This document shows positions 54,656-63,246 of a stretch of 64,000 nucleotides of DNA, piece by piece (position 1 is the stretch's first letter; the number at the start of each line of letters is the position of its first letter). Both the position numbers and the translations under genes were made by a program. This DNA comes from a virus (taxonomy: Duplodnaviria > Caudoviricetes). The notes under the pieces are model-generated. The model searched no databases and had not been told where the DNA came from. It worked only from the letters and a program-made list of their open reading frames with translations. The DNA is taken from IMG/VR virus record IMGVR_UViG_3300020465_001196. One strand, given 5' to 3'.

Positions 54656-54913
54656 TTACCGCGGGGTATACCTGTTATATTAGTTGTTTTATATTTAAAA
54701 TAGTACATTACAGAATTCTATACATTTAGCTAAAAATTTTTTACTGCAATTTTTTTAGCACCGCCCTATACATTACGTCTTACCTTTTTTGCCCAAAAAA
54801 TATAACAGCCGCCATAACCCTGGTCCCTAGGATTTGTCCTAGCGAATATTTACATGGTCGGCCAGGGGAAAATTATTTTATTTTTCTTTTTTCTTTTACG
54901 AAATAAATTTCAT

Positions 54914-54937
54914 AAAAAAAGGCCCCGTAGGGCCTTT
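54914..54937 (-). terminator. Intrinsic terminator ending the early module
   Basis: AAAGGCCC-TACG-GGGCCTTT (cUACGg tetraloop) plus a U7 tract. Confidence 0.85.
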
Positions 54938-54963
54938 AGTGTAGGAGTGTTCTGTATAGTACT

Positions 54964-55257
54964 CTATGCTACCTTGCTTAACATAGTAGCTGGTACATTG
55001 TATCGCATAGGGAATCCACCCTTGCTGTCAACATTAACAAGTATGTACTTCTGCTTGATCTTATCAATAGTACCCTTGTATGTCTGTCCGTTTCTGCTAG
55101 TGAACTGTACTCTGTCTCCAGCTACAAAGTTCCTTCTAGCTTCTGAAGCCAAATAGTTCTGCTTCAGTTTAATAGCATCAATAACCTGTGATACTTCATA
55201 TGTGCTATCCAAGTTCATGATAGCATCTATTATAGTTCCTATTGCCAGTTTAGCCAT
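54964..55257 (-). CDS. Hypothetical early protein (SH3-like C-terminus)
   Basis: FVAGDRVQF...YKGTIDKIKQK...YNVPATML; SD AAGGAGG. Confidence 0.7.
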   Translation of the reverse strand: MAKLAIGTIIDAIMNLDSTYEVSQVIDAIKLKQNYLASEARRNFVAGDRVQFTSRNGQTYKGTIDKIKQKYILVNVDSKGGFPMRYNVPATMLSKVA

Positions 55258-55266
55258 TTGACCTCC

Positions 55267-55614
55267 TTAGTCTGCTCTACTACCCATATGAGCATCAAAC
55301 CCATATTTGTTTAATACTTCTGCATAAGCTGAAGCACCTACCTCTTTACAATCCATTGATTGTCCTCTGTGTTGGGCAGGATCCCACAGTTGCATTGCTC
55401 TACCTCTATAACTAGGTTTAAAGCCAATTGAACTTAATTGCTTTGCCTCTTGGCTATTAGTTCTTGTTACAGAGACTTCAACCCAAGCAAACCCACAATA
55501 CATAGGTTCACCATACTCATTTCCACCTGTTGTTTTAGTCCAGTTGTCCAAGTAGTTTACTACTGCCTGTTTCGCGGCATTTGTAGCTTCTGTGTGTATT
55601 TGATCTATTTGCAT
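55267..55614 (-). CDS. Hypothetical early protein
   Basis: MYCGFAWV, QSMDCKEVGASAYAEVL; SD AAAGGAG. Confidence 0.7.
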   Translation of the reverse strand: MQIDQIHTEATNAAKQAVVNYLDNWTKTTGGNEYGEPMYCGFAWVEVSVTRTNSQEAKQLSSIGFKPSYRGRAMQLWDPAQHRGQSMDCKEVGASAYAEVLNKYGFDAHMGSRAD

Positions 55615-55645
55615 ATCTGCTCCTTTGTTTTGCATTATATTAATA

Positions 55646-55673
55646 ATAATAACATAATATAGGATTCTGTCAA
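55646..55673 (-). promoter_or_regulatory. Early-class promoter
   Basis: TTGACA-N16-TATTAT with ATGT extension. Confidence 0.8.
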
Positions 55674-55688
55674 GTGTTTATTTGCCAT

Positions 55689-55725
55689 AAAAAAGTGGCG
55701 TAAACCTTGGTAGATCTACGCCACT
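55689..55725 (-). terminator. Intrinsic terminator
   Basis: AGTGGCGTA/TACGCCACT 9-bp stem plus U-tract. Confidence 0.8.
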
Positions 55726-55756
55726 ATATGCGTCATATTACGAAAGGAACAGAATA

Positions 55757-56818
55757 TTATGACGCAATTCTGTTGGCCGCCATGCTTCTCTTCATACAAG
55801 TAGCACTAGCCAGCTTCTTCCAATCTGTGCTCATTCTCATTAGATCAGCTATTTTGGTGACCATTCTCAAACTTATTTCGTTTAAGCTATCTCTGTTATC
55901 CCATAGGAAATCAATAAGCTCTTGCTCTTGTTCCGGGGCGAACTTGTATGGAGTAAGCATTTCTCCATCTGCTATGATCTGTTTACATCTAAGCATTCTA
56001 TCACGAATACTATCCATTGTTAAATCCAAATAGTGACATCTGGACATTACCGCTTGTAAGTGGTCCTGTAGCTTTTTAGATTTAACATAATCAAACTTGA
56101 TGTTTGTTATCATGATCACAGATCCTTGGAATTCAAATCTATCTGGCACACCCTCATTGGCTAATACTCTGGATTCTGTATTCCAACTTATGTATCTCTT
56201 CTTGCTTGAATCTAAAGCCGCTTTAAGTATGTTAAGAGCAACATCATCAAATAGGATACTGTCGCAGTCATCTAATACTAGGATATGTCCTCTATTAGAA
56301 AACTTAAATAGTTTCTGATACAATCCTATGGCACTCATAGCACCTCTAACTATTTCCCATTTGGGTTGAGCTTCTGAGATCTTATCGAAGATGTTGGCCT
56401 CGTTTAGTTTCTCTTCTACTCCGTAACTTTTACCAACTCCTGGAGGGCCACTAACTATCATAGCTCTAACAGTCCCTTCCATAGTTGCTTCCGTCATAGT
56501 ATCTAGGATATCGAATCTTTCTCTGATTCTATCAATTGCTTGTTCTTCTGTTTCACCAGGTATGTTACTGTCGACGTGTTTGTTTTGCTTTTCAAAATCA
56601 GACTCGTTAACGAACTCGTAACTCTTAGGTGATTCACATCTTACCTTAATTGTACGAGCTGGAAAGTTAGGCACGTCAATGGCATCAACTGTAACAAAGC
56701 CACCTTGCTTATCAGTAGCAAATGCTTTTGTCATAGGAAATATTGTGCCAGCAACCGAAATAGGTTTGCCTGCTTTCTTACCGTAGGTTCCTTCTACGAT
56801 CTTTACAAATGTTTGCAT
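55757..56818 (-). CDS. AAA+ ATPase
   Basis: Walker A GPPGVGKS, Walker B LVLDDCD, sensor ITN, AVMSRC arginine finger. Confidence 0.85.
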   Translation of the reverse strand: MQTFVKIVEGTYGKKAGKPISVAGTIFPMTKAFATDKQGGFVTVDAIDVPNFPARTIKVRCESPKSYEFVNESDFEKQNKHVDSNIPGETEEQAIDRIRERFDILDTMTEATMEGTVRAMIVSGPPGVGKSYGVEEKLNEANIFDKISEAQPKWEIVRGAMSAIGLYQKLFKFSNRGHILVLDDCDSILFDDVALNILKAALDSSKKRYISWNTESRVLANEGVPDRFEFQGSVIMITNIKFDYVKSKKLQDHLQAVMSRCHYLDLTMDSIRDRMLRCKQIIADGEMLTPYKFAPEQEQELIDFLWDNRDSLNEISLRMVTKIADLMRMSTDWKKLASATCMKRSMAANRIAS

Positions 56819-56854
56819 AGTGTTCCTTTCTTTGCAATGTTAATTTATAATATT

Positions 56855-56882
56855 ATAATAGCATGGATCTAAGATCTGTCAA
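56855..56882 (-). promoter_or_regulatory. Early-class promoter
   Basis: TTGACA-N16-TATTAT with ATGC extension. Confidence 0.8.
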
Positions 56883-56885
56883 CCA

Positions 56886-57137
56886 TTAATTATTGTTCTC
56901 GATCTTTTCTCCTAATACATTACCAGCTTTACATCCAGCTAATGTTCCTAAAATAGTTGCCGCAGTTTTACCTGATCCGCTACCTACTTTAGATCCTAAT
57001 ACTCCACCTGCTACACACCCACCTGCAGTTGATACATCCTTTTTAGATATAGTTCCTGTAGTTGCATAACAACCTGATAACATAATCATAGCCGTTAATA
57101 ATAATACAAGTGATATTAATGTTTTCTTATAGTACAT
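56886..57137 (-). CDS. Glycine-zipper 2TM lipoprotein
   Basis: Lipobox LSGC; GGCVAGGVLGSKVGSGSGKTAATILG. Confidence 0.75.
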   Translation of the reverse strand: MYYKKTLISLVLLLTAMIMLSGCYATTGTISKKDVSTAGGCVAGGVLGSKVGSGSGKTAATILGTLAGCKAGNVLGEKIENNN

Positions 57138-57357
57138 ATTGACCCTCTCTCTTTAAGTTAATAAAAGGATAACCTAAGTTTTTAAAGTGTCCCAGCTTTC
57201 TGGCTCTTACTAACATCCTAGCAAGAATCGATGTTTCATGGTTATCACTACTTTGCATCAATTGGTTAAATTTATAGAGTAAACCAGGCGCATCGCCGAA
57301 ACCTCTCTGAGCACTTTTAAGTCTGCCGACTATTAGCTTCTTGCTTCTAATTCTCAT
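57127..57357 (-). CDS. Hypothetical basic protein
   Basis: Coupled ORF. Confidence 0.5.
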   Translation of the reverse strand: MRIRSKKLIVGRLKSAQRGFGDAPGLLYKFNQLMQSSDNHETSILARMLVRARKLGHFKNLGYPFINLKREGQYVL

Positions 57358-58336
57358 ATGTGTCTACCTTTATAGATTGACTTTCTAACTCTGAACAACT
57401 ATATCCTAGTTCTTCTAATTTTAATTTAGAACATTTCTTTTTTGCAAATCTTATTTCATCATAATAACTAACCTGCGTACCTCTAGTATCATGATAGTCT
57501 GTTCTGTATATTCCAAATTGCATTGTAGACCAATTACTCCAAGTACCATTCTTTTTACCTGCTGGAGGAATAATTGAACCTTGGTAATGATAAACTAACT
57601 TACCATTAATCCATAATTTTAAAAATCCACTATCCTTTGTTGTGTAGTTGACATTCATTACTACATCATTCCATTGGTTAAACAATTCTGATATGTCTAA
57701 TGCTTTTTGGTTTGTATTCTCTTTCCAACTAACTGAACAACCTTCATTACCTTTGGCACCATACTTTTTATAAATCTTAGGTTCATTACAAGCAGTTCTT
57801 CTTTGTGTATAAAGACCATCGCTTTCAATTGACCAGTTAAACATTGGTGCCCAATCACCATCGTTATGTATCTGCCAAATAGAATTGTGTCCTTCTTCAT
57901 GTGGAATCTCTTCTACATAAAACGATAGTGTTTGCCAAACATTACCTTTGAAACCAATTTGTGAATTATCATTTGCAGGAGTTAATTCATTTCTTTCTGA
58001 ATCTTGTCCGCAGTCCCATGATGTATTATTTGCTACATCATTTTTTGTAGCACCACAACTGCCTTTTCTAAGTTCAAACCTTAAAGCACTATCTCCATAT
58101 CTAGTGTTGCTAGATACTTCTTGTATCATCCAAGGTTTCCAAAAAGACATATCATAATTGTATTTCCATTTATGAGGCCACTTCTGGAAAACGTCACCAT
58201 CAGTTTTAATTACTTGATTTTTAATTTTTAAAGTATTTGCTTCTGCTTTGTTGCAACCACCTAATCCCCATGCAAAGAAATACACGGCAAAGAATAGTAT
58301 TGCTATTGTTTTAAAGTTTGGTTTATTGTTTTCCAT
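57347..58336 (-). CDS. Exported polysaccharide lyase-like protein (heparin lyase I/Polysacc_lyase-like beta-sandwich)
   Basis: Signal/lipobox-like GLGGC; ALRFELRKG, ERNEL, IWQIH, WNDVV, GFLKLWINGK, QFGIYR, YYDEI. Confidence 0.65.
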   Translation of the reverse strand: MENNKPNFKTIAILFFAVYFFAWGLGGCNKAEANTLKIKNQVIKTDGDVFQKWPHKWKYNYDMSFWKPWMIQEVSSNTRYGDSALRFELRKGSCGATKNDVANNTSWDCGQDSERNELTPANDNSQIGFKGNVWQTLSFYVEEIPHEEGHNSIWQIHNDGDWAPMFNWSIESDGLYTQRRTACNEPKIYKKYGAKGNEGCSVSWKENTNQKALDISELFNQWNDVVMNVNYTTKDSGFLKLWINGKLVYHYQGSIIPPAGKKNGTWSNWSTMQFGIYRTDYHDTRGTQVSYYDEIRFAKKKCSKLKLEELGYSCSELESQSIKVDTYEN

Positions 58337-58363
58337 CTGTTCTGTTCCTTTTGTTATACTATT

Positions 58364-58391
58364 ATAATAGCATATTATAGGATTCTGTCAA
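58364..58391 (-). promoter_or_regulatory. Early-class promoter
   Basis: TTGACA-N16-TATTAT with ATGC extension. Confidence 0.8.
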
Positions 58392-58394
58392 CCC

Positions 58395-58502
58395 CTAAAA
58401 TCCCCAACAAGTAATGCCCATAATACATAAGGTTTCTGTTGTCCACAGAATGTATATTGTACAGATTATACCCAAAATTACTTTTAAAATGTTCTCTCCC
58501 AT
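58395..58502 (-). CDS. 35-aa hydrophobic microprotein
   Basis: MGENILKVILGIICTIYILWTTETLCIMGITCWGF, 6 nt behind a -10 box. Confidence 0.45.
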   Translation of the reverse strand: MGENILKVILGIICTIYILWTTETLCIMGITCWGF

Positions 58503-58508
58503 ATAATA

Positions 58509-58536
58509 ACTATAGCACAATGTATAGATAAGTCAA
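58509..58536 (-). promoter_or_regulatory. Early-class promoter
   Basis: TTGACT-N16-TATAGT with GTGC extension. Confidence 0.75.
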
Positions 58537-58540
58537 CCAC

Positions 58541-58569
58541 AAAAAAAGCCCCATATTTCAGGGGCTTTT
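58541..58569. terminator. Bidirectional intrinsic terminator
   Basis: AAAAGCCCC-ATATTTCA-GGGGCTTTT. Confidence 0.85.
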
Positions 58570-58577
58570 AAATTTGT

Positions 58578-58808
58578 TTAAGCACCAGCTACAGCAGTAG
58601 CTTTTACTGAATCGATGTACTCTGATTTTGTCATCGGTTCTGATAATGCAATGAACTCTACTTTTGAGTGTTCATCTTTTGGTGTATAACCATTATTGAT
58701 TAACACCTGAGCTCTGTTATCTGGTTTGTTAGTGAATCTTTTTACCAACTTACCATCGGCTCTTTTTGCTTCAAGTACGAATGTGTACTTTGTATTTGAG
58801 TCAGCCAT
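58578..58808 (-). CDS. Hypothetical early protein
   Basis: Start MADSN after SD GGAGG. Confidence 0.65.
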   Translation of the reverse strand: MADSNTKYTFVLEAKRADGKLVKRFTNKPDNRAQVLINNGYTPKDEHSKVEFIALSEPMTKSEYIDSVKATAVAGA

Positions 58809-58844
58809 TATAACCTCCTGTAGATTTAATTGACTATTTGTTTT

Positions 58845-58872
58845 AGTATAACACACTTTGGCCATTTGTCAA
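58845..58872 (-). promoter_or_regulatory. Early-class promoter
   Basis: TTGACA-N16-TATACT with GTGT extension. Confidence 0.8.
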
Positions 58873-58898
58873 CCAAAATGTTTTGGCCTAACATAGGC

Positions 58899-59549
58899 CT
58901 ATTTCATAAATGTGTGGTTGCCCAACACACCTATATACTCTTTAGAACCAGCCCAGTAAGGTGATACTAAATTGTGATTATAATAGAAAACCGCACCGTG
59001 CGTGTTATCATTTATAACTAGTTTTCCCCAACCTGTAATATAAATTGCAAGTTGAATAGAATCTTTCCAAGCTCTGGCATTGCCTTCGATGACTTGGCCA
59101 GTCTTTTCATAGTTGGCCCATACAACATCTTTCTTACCATCGCAGTACCAACTGAATTGACATTTGTGTTTAATTGGCCAGAACACTCTATCTTCTTCAG
59201 CAACATCTTTACCTCTGGTCTTCCAAGACTCTCTTATAGGTCCTTGGTAGATAACTTCACAATAGGTAGACGGCCATCTAGAATCTGCAATTCGATTCTT
59301 AACAACATTACCAACGGCCGCCTTACCTGATTCACCTTCAGCTCTGGCTTCAAAGTAGATGTTCTCTGCTAAACACATAATTTGTTTTATTTTTTCTTTA
59401 TCATGAATATTGTTTTCTTCTAATTCAATCTTTAGAATTGTTTTGGCGTGCGTTGTAAGTGTTGCGGCTTGTGCCTTCTGATCAAAGAACCAAAGCACAA
59501 CCATCAACGCCATTAAGAAGTAAGCAACCTTTGTAATCAACTTATCCAT
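58899..59549 (-). CDS. SleB/Hydrolase_2 family cell-wall hydrolase
   Basis: N-terminal TM; CLAENIYFEARAE, AVGNVVKNR, CEVIYQ, CQFSWYCDG, GNHTF. Confidence 0.9.
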   Translation of the reverse strand: MDKLITKVAYFLMALMVVLWFFDQKAQAATLTTHAKTILKIELEENNIHDKEKIKQIMCLAENIYFEARAEGESGKAAVGNVVKNRIADSRWPSTYCEVIYQGPIRESWKTRGKDVAEEDRVFWPIKHKCQFSWYCDGKKDVVWANYEKTGQVIEGNARAWKDSIQLAIYITGWGKLVINDNTHGAVFYYNHNLVSPYWAGSKEYIGVLGNHTFMK

Positions 59550-59905
59550 TAAGCAACCTCTTCTTTCTTCCATTCATAATCATCTGTAGACCATTCATAG
59601 TCTCCATAATCAATACTATCGCTATCTTCGTATGGAATACATTCAGCAACCTTTTTTGCTTCGAAGCTTTCTGAATGATCACCATTCCAATCACTAGCAT
59701 AAACTTCTACAGGTTCATCTTTATGATAACCTTCTTGCCATTCAATTTTATCAATACCACCTTCTTCGATAACAGCATCAACGGCTTCATCTCTACTATC
59801 AGCTACAACATCATATTCAACCCATGCTGTGTAAGCCATTCTAACTCTGTATTTTGATTTACCGATATCCTTGTGTGGATTATCTTTGCTATATTCTTTT
59901 TTCAT
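59549..59905 (-). CDS. Acidic hypothetical early protein
   Basis: YRVRMAYTAWVEYDVVADSRDEA. Confidence 0.65.
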   Translation of the reverse strand: MKKEYSKDNPHKDIGKSKYRVRMAYTAWVEYDVVADSRDEAVDAVIEEGGIDKIEWQEGYHKDEPVEVYASDWNGDHSESFEAKKVAECIPYEDSDSIDYGDYEWSTDDYEWKKEEVA

Positions 59906-59931
59906 ATTCTTGTTCCTTTTGTTATATTATT

Positions 59932-59959
59932 AATATAGCACATATTGGCCAATTGTCAA
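59932..59959 (-). promoter_or_regulatory. Early-class promoter
   Basis: TTGACA-N16-TATATT with GTGC extension. Confidence 0.8.
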
Positions 59960-59984
59960 GACCCTAAATGACTCGCAGTTTTGC

Positions 59985-60185
59985 TTAATATTCGTCAAAC
60001 AATACTCCTTCATCTTCATCTAGATCGCTGAAATACGTGGCATTATCTAATGCATCATCGGAACCTTGCTTATCCATACATTGGATACAATTCCATTTCT
60101 CATTATCTTCTGCATATTGTCTATCGTCAAAATGCTCTGTTGTCTCTTGACAAGTTTCACAGAACTTTGTTTTATATGGTACCAT
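59985..60185 (-). CDS. Small Zn-ribbon-like acidic protein
   Basis: CETC...CIQC. Confidence 0.6.
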   Translation of the reverse strand: MVPYKTKFCETCQETTEHFDDRQYAEDNEKWNCIQCMDKQGSDDALDNATYFSDLDEDEGVLFDEY

Positions 60186-60411
60186 TTAATCTTTCCTCCT
60201 CTTCCATTCTATAATTGGCTTCACCGGCAGGTGTTCTCCAAATGTTAATAACCTTTACACGATGTTTCATATCTCTGTAGAACTCTTTCAACACCTTATG
60301 AAATGGTGTAGGTTCATCTACTTCAACTAAAGTGTATCCTCTAGTCATTCTCTCATCTTCAAGGTAATGATCTTTCTCCTTGTAGAATCTATATCTAATA
60401 TGAACTGACAT
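60172..60411 (-). CDS. Hypothetical early protein
   Basis: Coupled ORF. Confidence 0.6.
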   Translation of the reverse strand: MSVHIRYRFYKEKDHYLEDERMTRGYTLVEVDEPTPFHKVLKEFYRDMKHRVKVINIWRTPAGEANYRMEEEERLNGTI

Positions 60412-60656
60412 TATCTAACTATACCTTTCTGCATTATTAAATGCTTGTCCCTTGCATCAGCAATAGGCTTGTCCTCATCTTCATCTTCTACTAAAGTCCA
60501 ATAAGGTCCTCCATACATTAATTCTTTTACTTTTGCATCAACTAATCTTTCTGCTTCGACTTCATCGTCTGCACTAAAAGAATTAAATAGACTTTCTAAA
60601 TGTTGTCCTTCTTCTCTAGGTGAATCAAAGTCTACTATTAATCTATATTTTGGCAT
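60411..60656 (-). CDS. Hypothetical early protein
   Basis: Coupled ORF. Confidence 0.6.
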   Translation of the reverse strand: MPKYRLIVDFDSPREEGQHLESLFNSFSADDEVEAERLVDAKVKELMYGGPYWTLVEDEDEDKPIADARDKHLIMQKGIVR

Positions 60657-60838
60657 TACGCATCCTCCTCTTCTGTTTGATGATATCTGTCTGTAAAGTC
60701 CAAAGGTAAACCATTTGGATCGTGTTCGTCTTTTATTTCAGACTCTTTCCATGTGTTGCCATTTGCAATACTTGGTGTACCGCTTCTACCTGTTAAGGCA
60801 TATATTTTACCTGCTTCTGGTTTTCCTTTATCTGACAT
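60656..60838 (-). CDS. Hypothetical early protein
   Basis: Coupled ORF. Confidence 0.55.
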   Translation of the reverse strand: MSDKGKPEAGKIYALTGRSGTPSIANGNTWKESEIKDEHDPNGLPLDFTDRYHQTEEEDA

Positions 60839-61365
60839 TACGCAACCTCCCCTAGTTTGTAACTTCTTTTTAATATATCGATATGATCTTTAACAGCATC
60901 TATTTCTAAAGACTTAAACGGTCCTTCAACATACTTGCCATTGTCTGTGTATATCGATTCTGAATAAAACCAAGTGCCAATTGGATTACCTAAATAATCT
61001 TTATGACCCGTATCTTTCATTAGATAAACAAATTGCTCACCCGACTTAAATCCGTTAGCAATAAAGTCTGCTTCATCTTTGTACACTTTGTACCCGCAGT
61101 TCTTCTCGCCTCTGTCTCTGCCATAATAAACATTTTGCACTTCGTATAATGGATCTTGTCTGTTGTCAAAATCAATTTTGTTTCCAACAATCATTCCCCA
61201 TTTACTTGCGTCGCCAAGTTTAATTGCTTCTGTTACTTTCTTAGGGTCAGTCCAATAATCAATTAAGTTATAGCCCAAGCCGCCTGTATAGCCGTCCCAG
61301 TGTTGATAACTTGCTATGATTCTTCCTGACTTTTGTTGTATTCCTATTCTAGCTCTAGTTGACAT
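60838..61365 (-). CDS. Conserved phage hypothetical protein (MSTR...YQHWDGY type)
   Basis: MSTRARIG, YQHWDGY, YYGRDRGE, EQFVYL. Confidence 0.7.
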   Translation of the reverse strand: MSTRARIGIQQKSGRIIASYQHWDGYTGGLGYNLIDYWTDPKKVTEAIKLGDASKWGMIVGNKIDFDNRQDPLYEVQNVYYGRDRGEKNCGYKVYKDEADFIANGFKSGEQFVYLMKDTGHKDYLGNPIGTWFYSESIYTDNGKYVEGPFKSLEIDAVKDHIDILKRSYKLGEVA

Positions 61366-61565
61366 TACGCTTCCCTCCTATTTGCAAATAATATTGCAGT
61401 ACCAGTTGTCATAAACGCAACACCTATACCAACCAGCATAAGCATTTCTGGTAAAGTGTTTGCAGTTTCCATACACTTGCCATCGCAGTCGTTAGCACTA
61501 CCCGCCATTACTATAAGTCCTATGGCAATTAGTATTGTTGCTAAAGTATTAAAAATGTTTTTCAT
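61365..61565 (-). CDS. 2-TM membrane protein
   Basis: Two hydrophobic segments flanking CDGKC. Confidence 0.65.
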   Translation of the reverse strand: MKNIFNTLATILIAIGLIVMAGSANDCDGKCMETANTLPEMLMLVGIGVAFMTTGTAILFANRREA

Positions 61566-61590
61566 TGTTTGTTCCTTTTGTTATATTATT

Positions 61591-61618
61591 AATATAGCAT
61601 AGGTTTCTATGTTGTCAA
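61591..61618 (-). promoter_or_regulatory. Early-class promoter
   Basis: TTGACA-N16-TATATT with ATGC extension. Confidence 0.8.
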
Positions 61619-61632
61619 CCATTAATTTTCCC

Positions 61633-61902
61633 TTATTTTGTGGGCGAATATGTGCCATCATCTTCGCAGTAAACCATAGGATCTACATATTCTTGCAGTT
61701 CTGCATGATCAACAACATTAACTCTAGGCTCGTTTTTACCTACTTTAACTGTCAAGTCAAATTCAGCATTACAAGCCAAGTCAGTTGCTTCATCCTCATC
61801 CTTTGCATCTACATCAACCCAAACAATGTAAGGTATGCCAATGCTGTATTTTTTATATGGTGATTTAAGATATGCTGTTTCTTCTTCTTGAGTCCAAACC
61901 AT
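61633..61902 (-). CDS. Acidic hypothetical early protein
   Basis: VWVDVDAKDEDEATDLA, similar to the 59549 protein. Confidence 0.6.
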   Translation of the reverse strand: MVWTQEEETAYLKSPYKKYSIGIPYIVWVDVDAKDEDEATDLACNAEFDLTVKVGKNEPRVNVVDHAELQEYVDPMVYCEDDGTYSPTK

Positions 61903-62069
61903 TATTCTTCCTCCTGTACATCAACTGTTATTGTATAACTAATTCCTGTTATACCAGGACTATCTTTGAAATATTTGTGTTCTCTAACAGCTTCCCATAT
62001 TATTTCAGAAACTGTTTCTTTATCTCTTTTATTAAAGTTTTCGTTGATTCCTATTATTTGCTTTGGCAT
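61902..62069 (-). CDS. 55-aa hypothetical protein (below track cutoff)
   Basis: Manual translation MPKQIIGINENF...YTITVDVQEEE; fills the gap. Confidence 0.55.
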   Translation of the reverse strand: MPKQIIGINENFNKRDKETVSEIIWEAVREHKYFKDSPGITGISYTITVDVQEEE

Positions 62070-62383
62070 ATTGGATCCTCCTCATATGGTTCCCATGGTA
62101 GCTCTCCATCTTCGTACAGCTGAAACCATCTTCCTTCTGCACCATCAAGCCACTCATCTCTTAATTGTTGTTTAGTATATTTGTGAAAGCCTCTAAAGCC
62201 TCCCTCGAGTATATAAATTAATGTTTCGCTTTGCGGATCCATATCGTCAGTTATATCTTTGTACTCGACTTGTATCAATCGTTCAGCTAATACATAATGC
62301 GTTAAGAAGTGACCCTCCTTATCGACGATCACTTCTTCATCAGCACTACAATCTCTATAGTCTACAGGTAAGTTATTTGGCAT
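62054..62383 (-). CDS. Hypothetical early protein
   Basis: Start set at MPNNL; YILEGGFRGFHKY. Confidence 0.65.
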   Translation of the reverse strand: MPNNLPVDYRDCSADEEVIVDKEGHFLTHYVLAERLIQVEYKDITDDMDPQSETLIYILEGGFRGFHKYTKQQLRDEWLDGAEGRWFQLYEDGELPWEPYEEDPICQSK

Positions 62384-62969
62384 TCGCTTCTTCCTTTTCC
62401 TCTGCTTCATATTCAATAAGTCTTTCAACGCAACCCATATAGTCATCAATCAACTTACCATCTTCTGTATCCCAAAAGTCTGAATCTGATCTAGGTCCAT
62501 CTTCGCTACAATTATAGCAACGATCATCAAAGTCTTCATACACACCCATGAAGTCACAACCTGGTTCGTAATATACTAGACGAATTGAAACATCATCATT
62601 ATTAGTAAGGTAATGTTCTATAGCCCCTAATGGTGGTGCCCAAGCACTATCAAAACCAAAGTCGACTTTCTTATCTCCATCGTCTTTACCAAATAGTTCT
62701 TCTTGTTCTTGTATTGAACCTTCGTAGATATCTACATCCCATTTGGTACCCCAATTGTCTACTCGCCAATCGTACCAGTTGTTATGTCCGTCCACGGTAG
62801 GTTGTTTCTTCATTACCTTTTCATCACTTGTGCTTTGCGTATCTTCAAGTTGTTTAGGCATTGGATAGAGTGCGTTTACGAACTCACCCTTTTTTGCACT
62901 ATCAACAAGTTTGTCAACCTTTGCTTTAGGTCCAACTATTGAGATATTATTATTACACCAATTTGGCAT
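62373..62969 (-). CDS. DUF1281/YubB ferredoxin-like domain protein
   Basis: MPNWCNN, WYDWRVDNWGTKWD, FDSAWAPP, YYEPGCDFMG. Confidence 0.8.
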   Translation of the reverse strand: MPNWCNNNISIVGPKAKVDKLVDSAKKGEFVNALYPMPKQLEDTQSTSDEKVMKKQPTVDGHNNWYDWRVDNWGTKWDVDIYEGSIQEQEELFGKDDGDKKVDFGFDSAWAPPLGAIEHYLTNNDDVSIRLVYYEPGCDFMGVYEDFDDRCYNCSEDGPRSDSDFWDTEDGKLIDDYMGCVERLIEYEAEEKEEANAK

Positions 62970-63184
62970 TATTGCTCCTCTCCTGGTTTGTTGATTAATT
63001 GAACATACTCACAAAAGTTATGTTCAAATACCGTAAGCAAATCATTATATGATCCTTGCATCATATCAACAACAATGCCTTCGGTCTTGTCCATAGGAAA
63101 CGCAAGTTGCTTACCTAAAGATTTTGCAATCCCTATCAATGCGTATGCGTTGCCTTGTGGTCCTTGTAAGTCTATAGTTTGCAT
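62969..63184 (-). CDS. Conserved hypothetical protein
   Basis: IDLQGPQGNAYALIG...MMQGSYNDLL. Confidence 0.7.
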   Translation of the reverse strand: MQTIDLQGPQGNAYALIGIAKSLGKQLAFPMDKTEGIVVDMMQGSYNDLLTVFEHNFCEYVQLINKPGEEQ

Positions 63185-63218
63185 TTTTTCTGCTCCTTTT
63201 TAAGTTAAACTATAATTA

Positions 63219-63246
63219 AATATAACATAGAAACCTATATTGTCAA
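63219..63246 (-). promoter_or_regulatory. Early-class promoter
   Basis: TTGACA-N16-TATATT with ATGT extension. Confidence 0.8.

Noticed and set aside
54808-54870. HDV-like or twister ribozyme (hairpin followed by CGAAT; CCGCC-A-TAA...GGTCCC)
   Set aside because: HDV L3, P1.1 and P2 partners and the twister P1 3' strand are missing; kept only as an unclassified structure.
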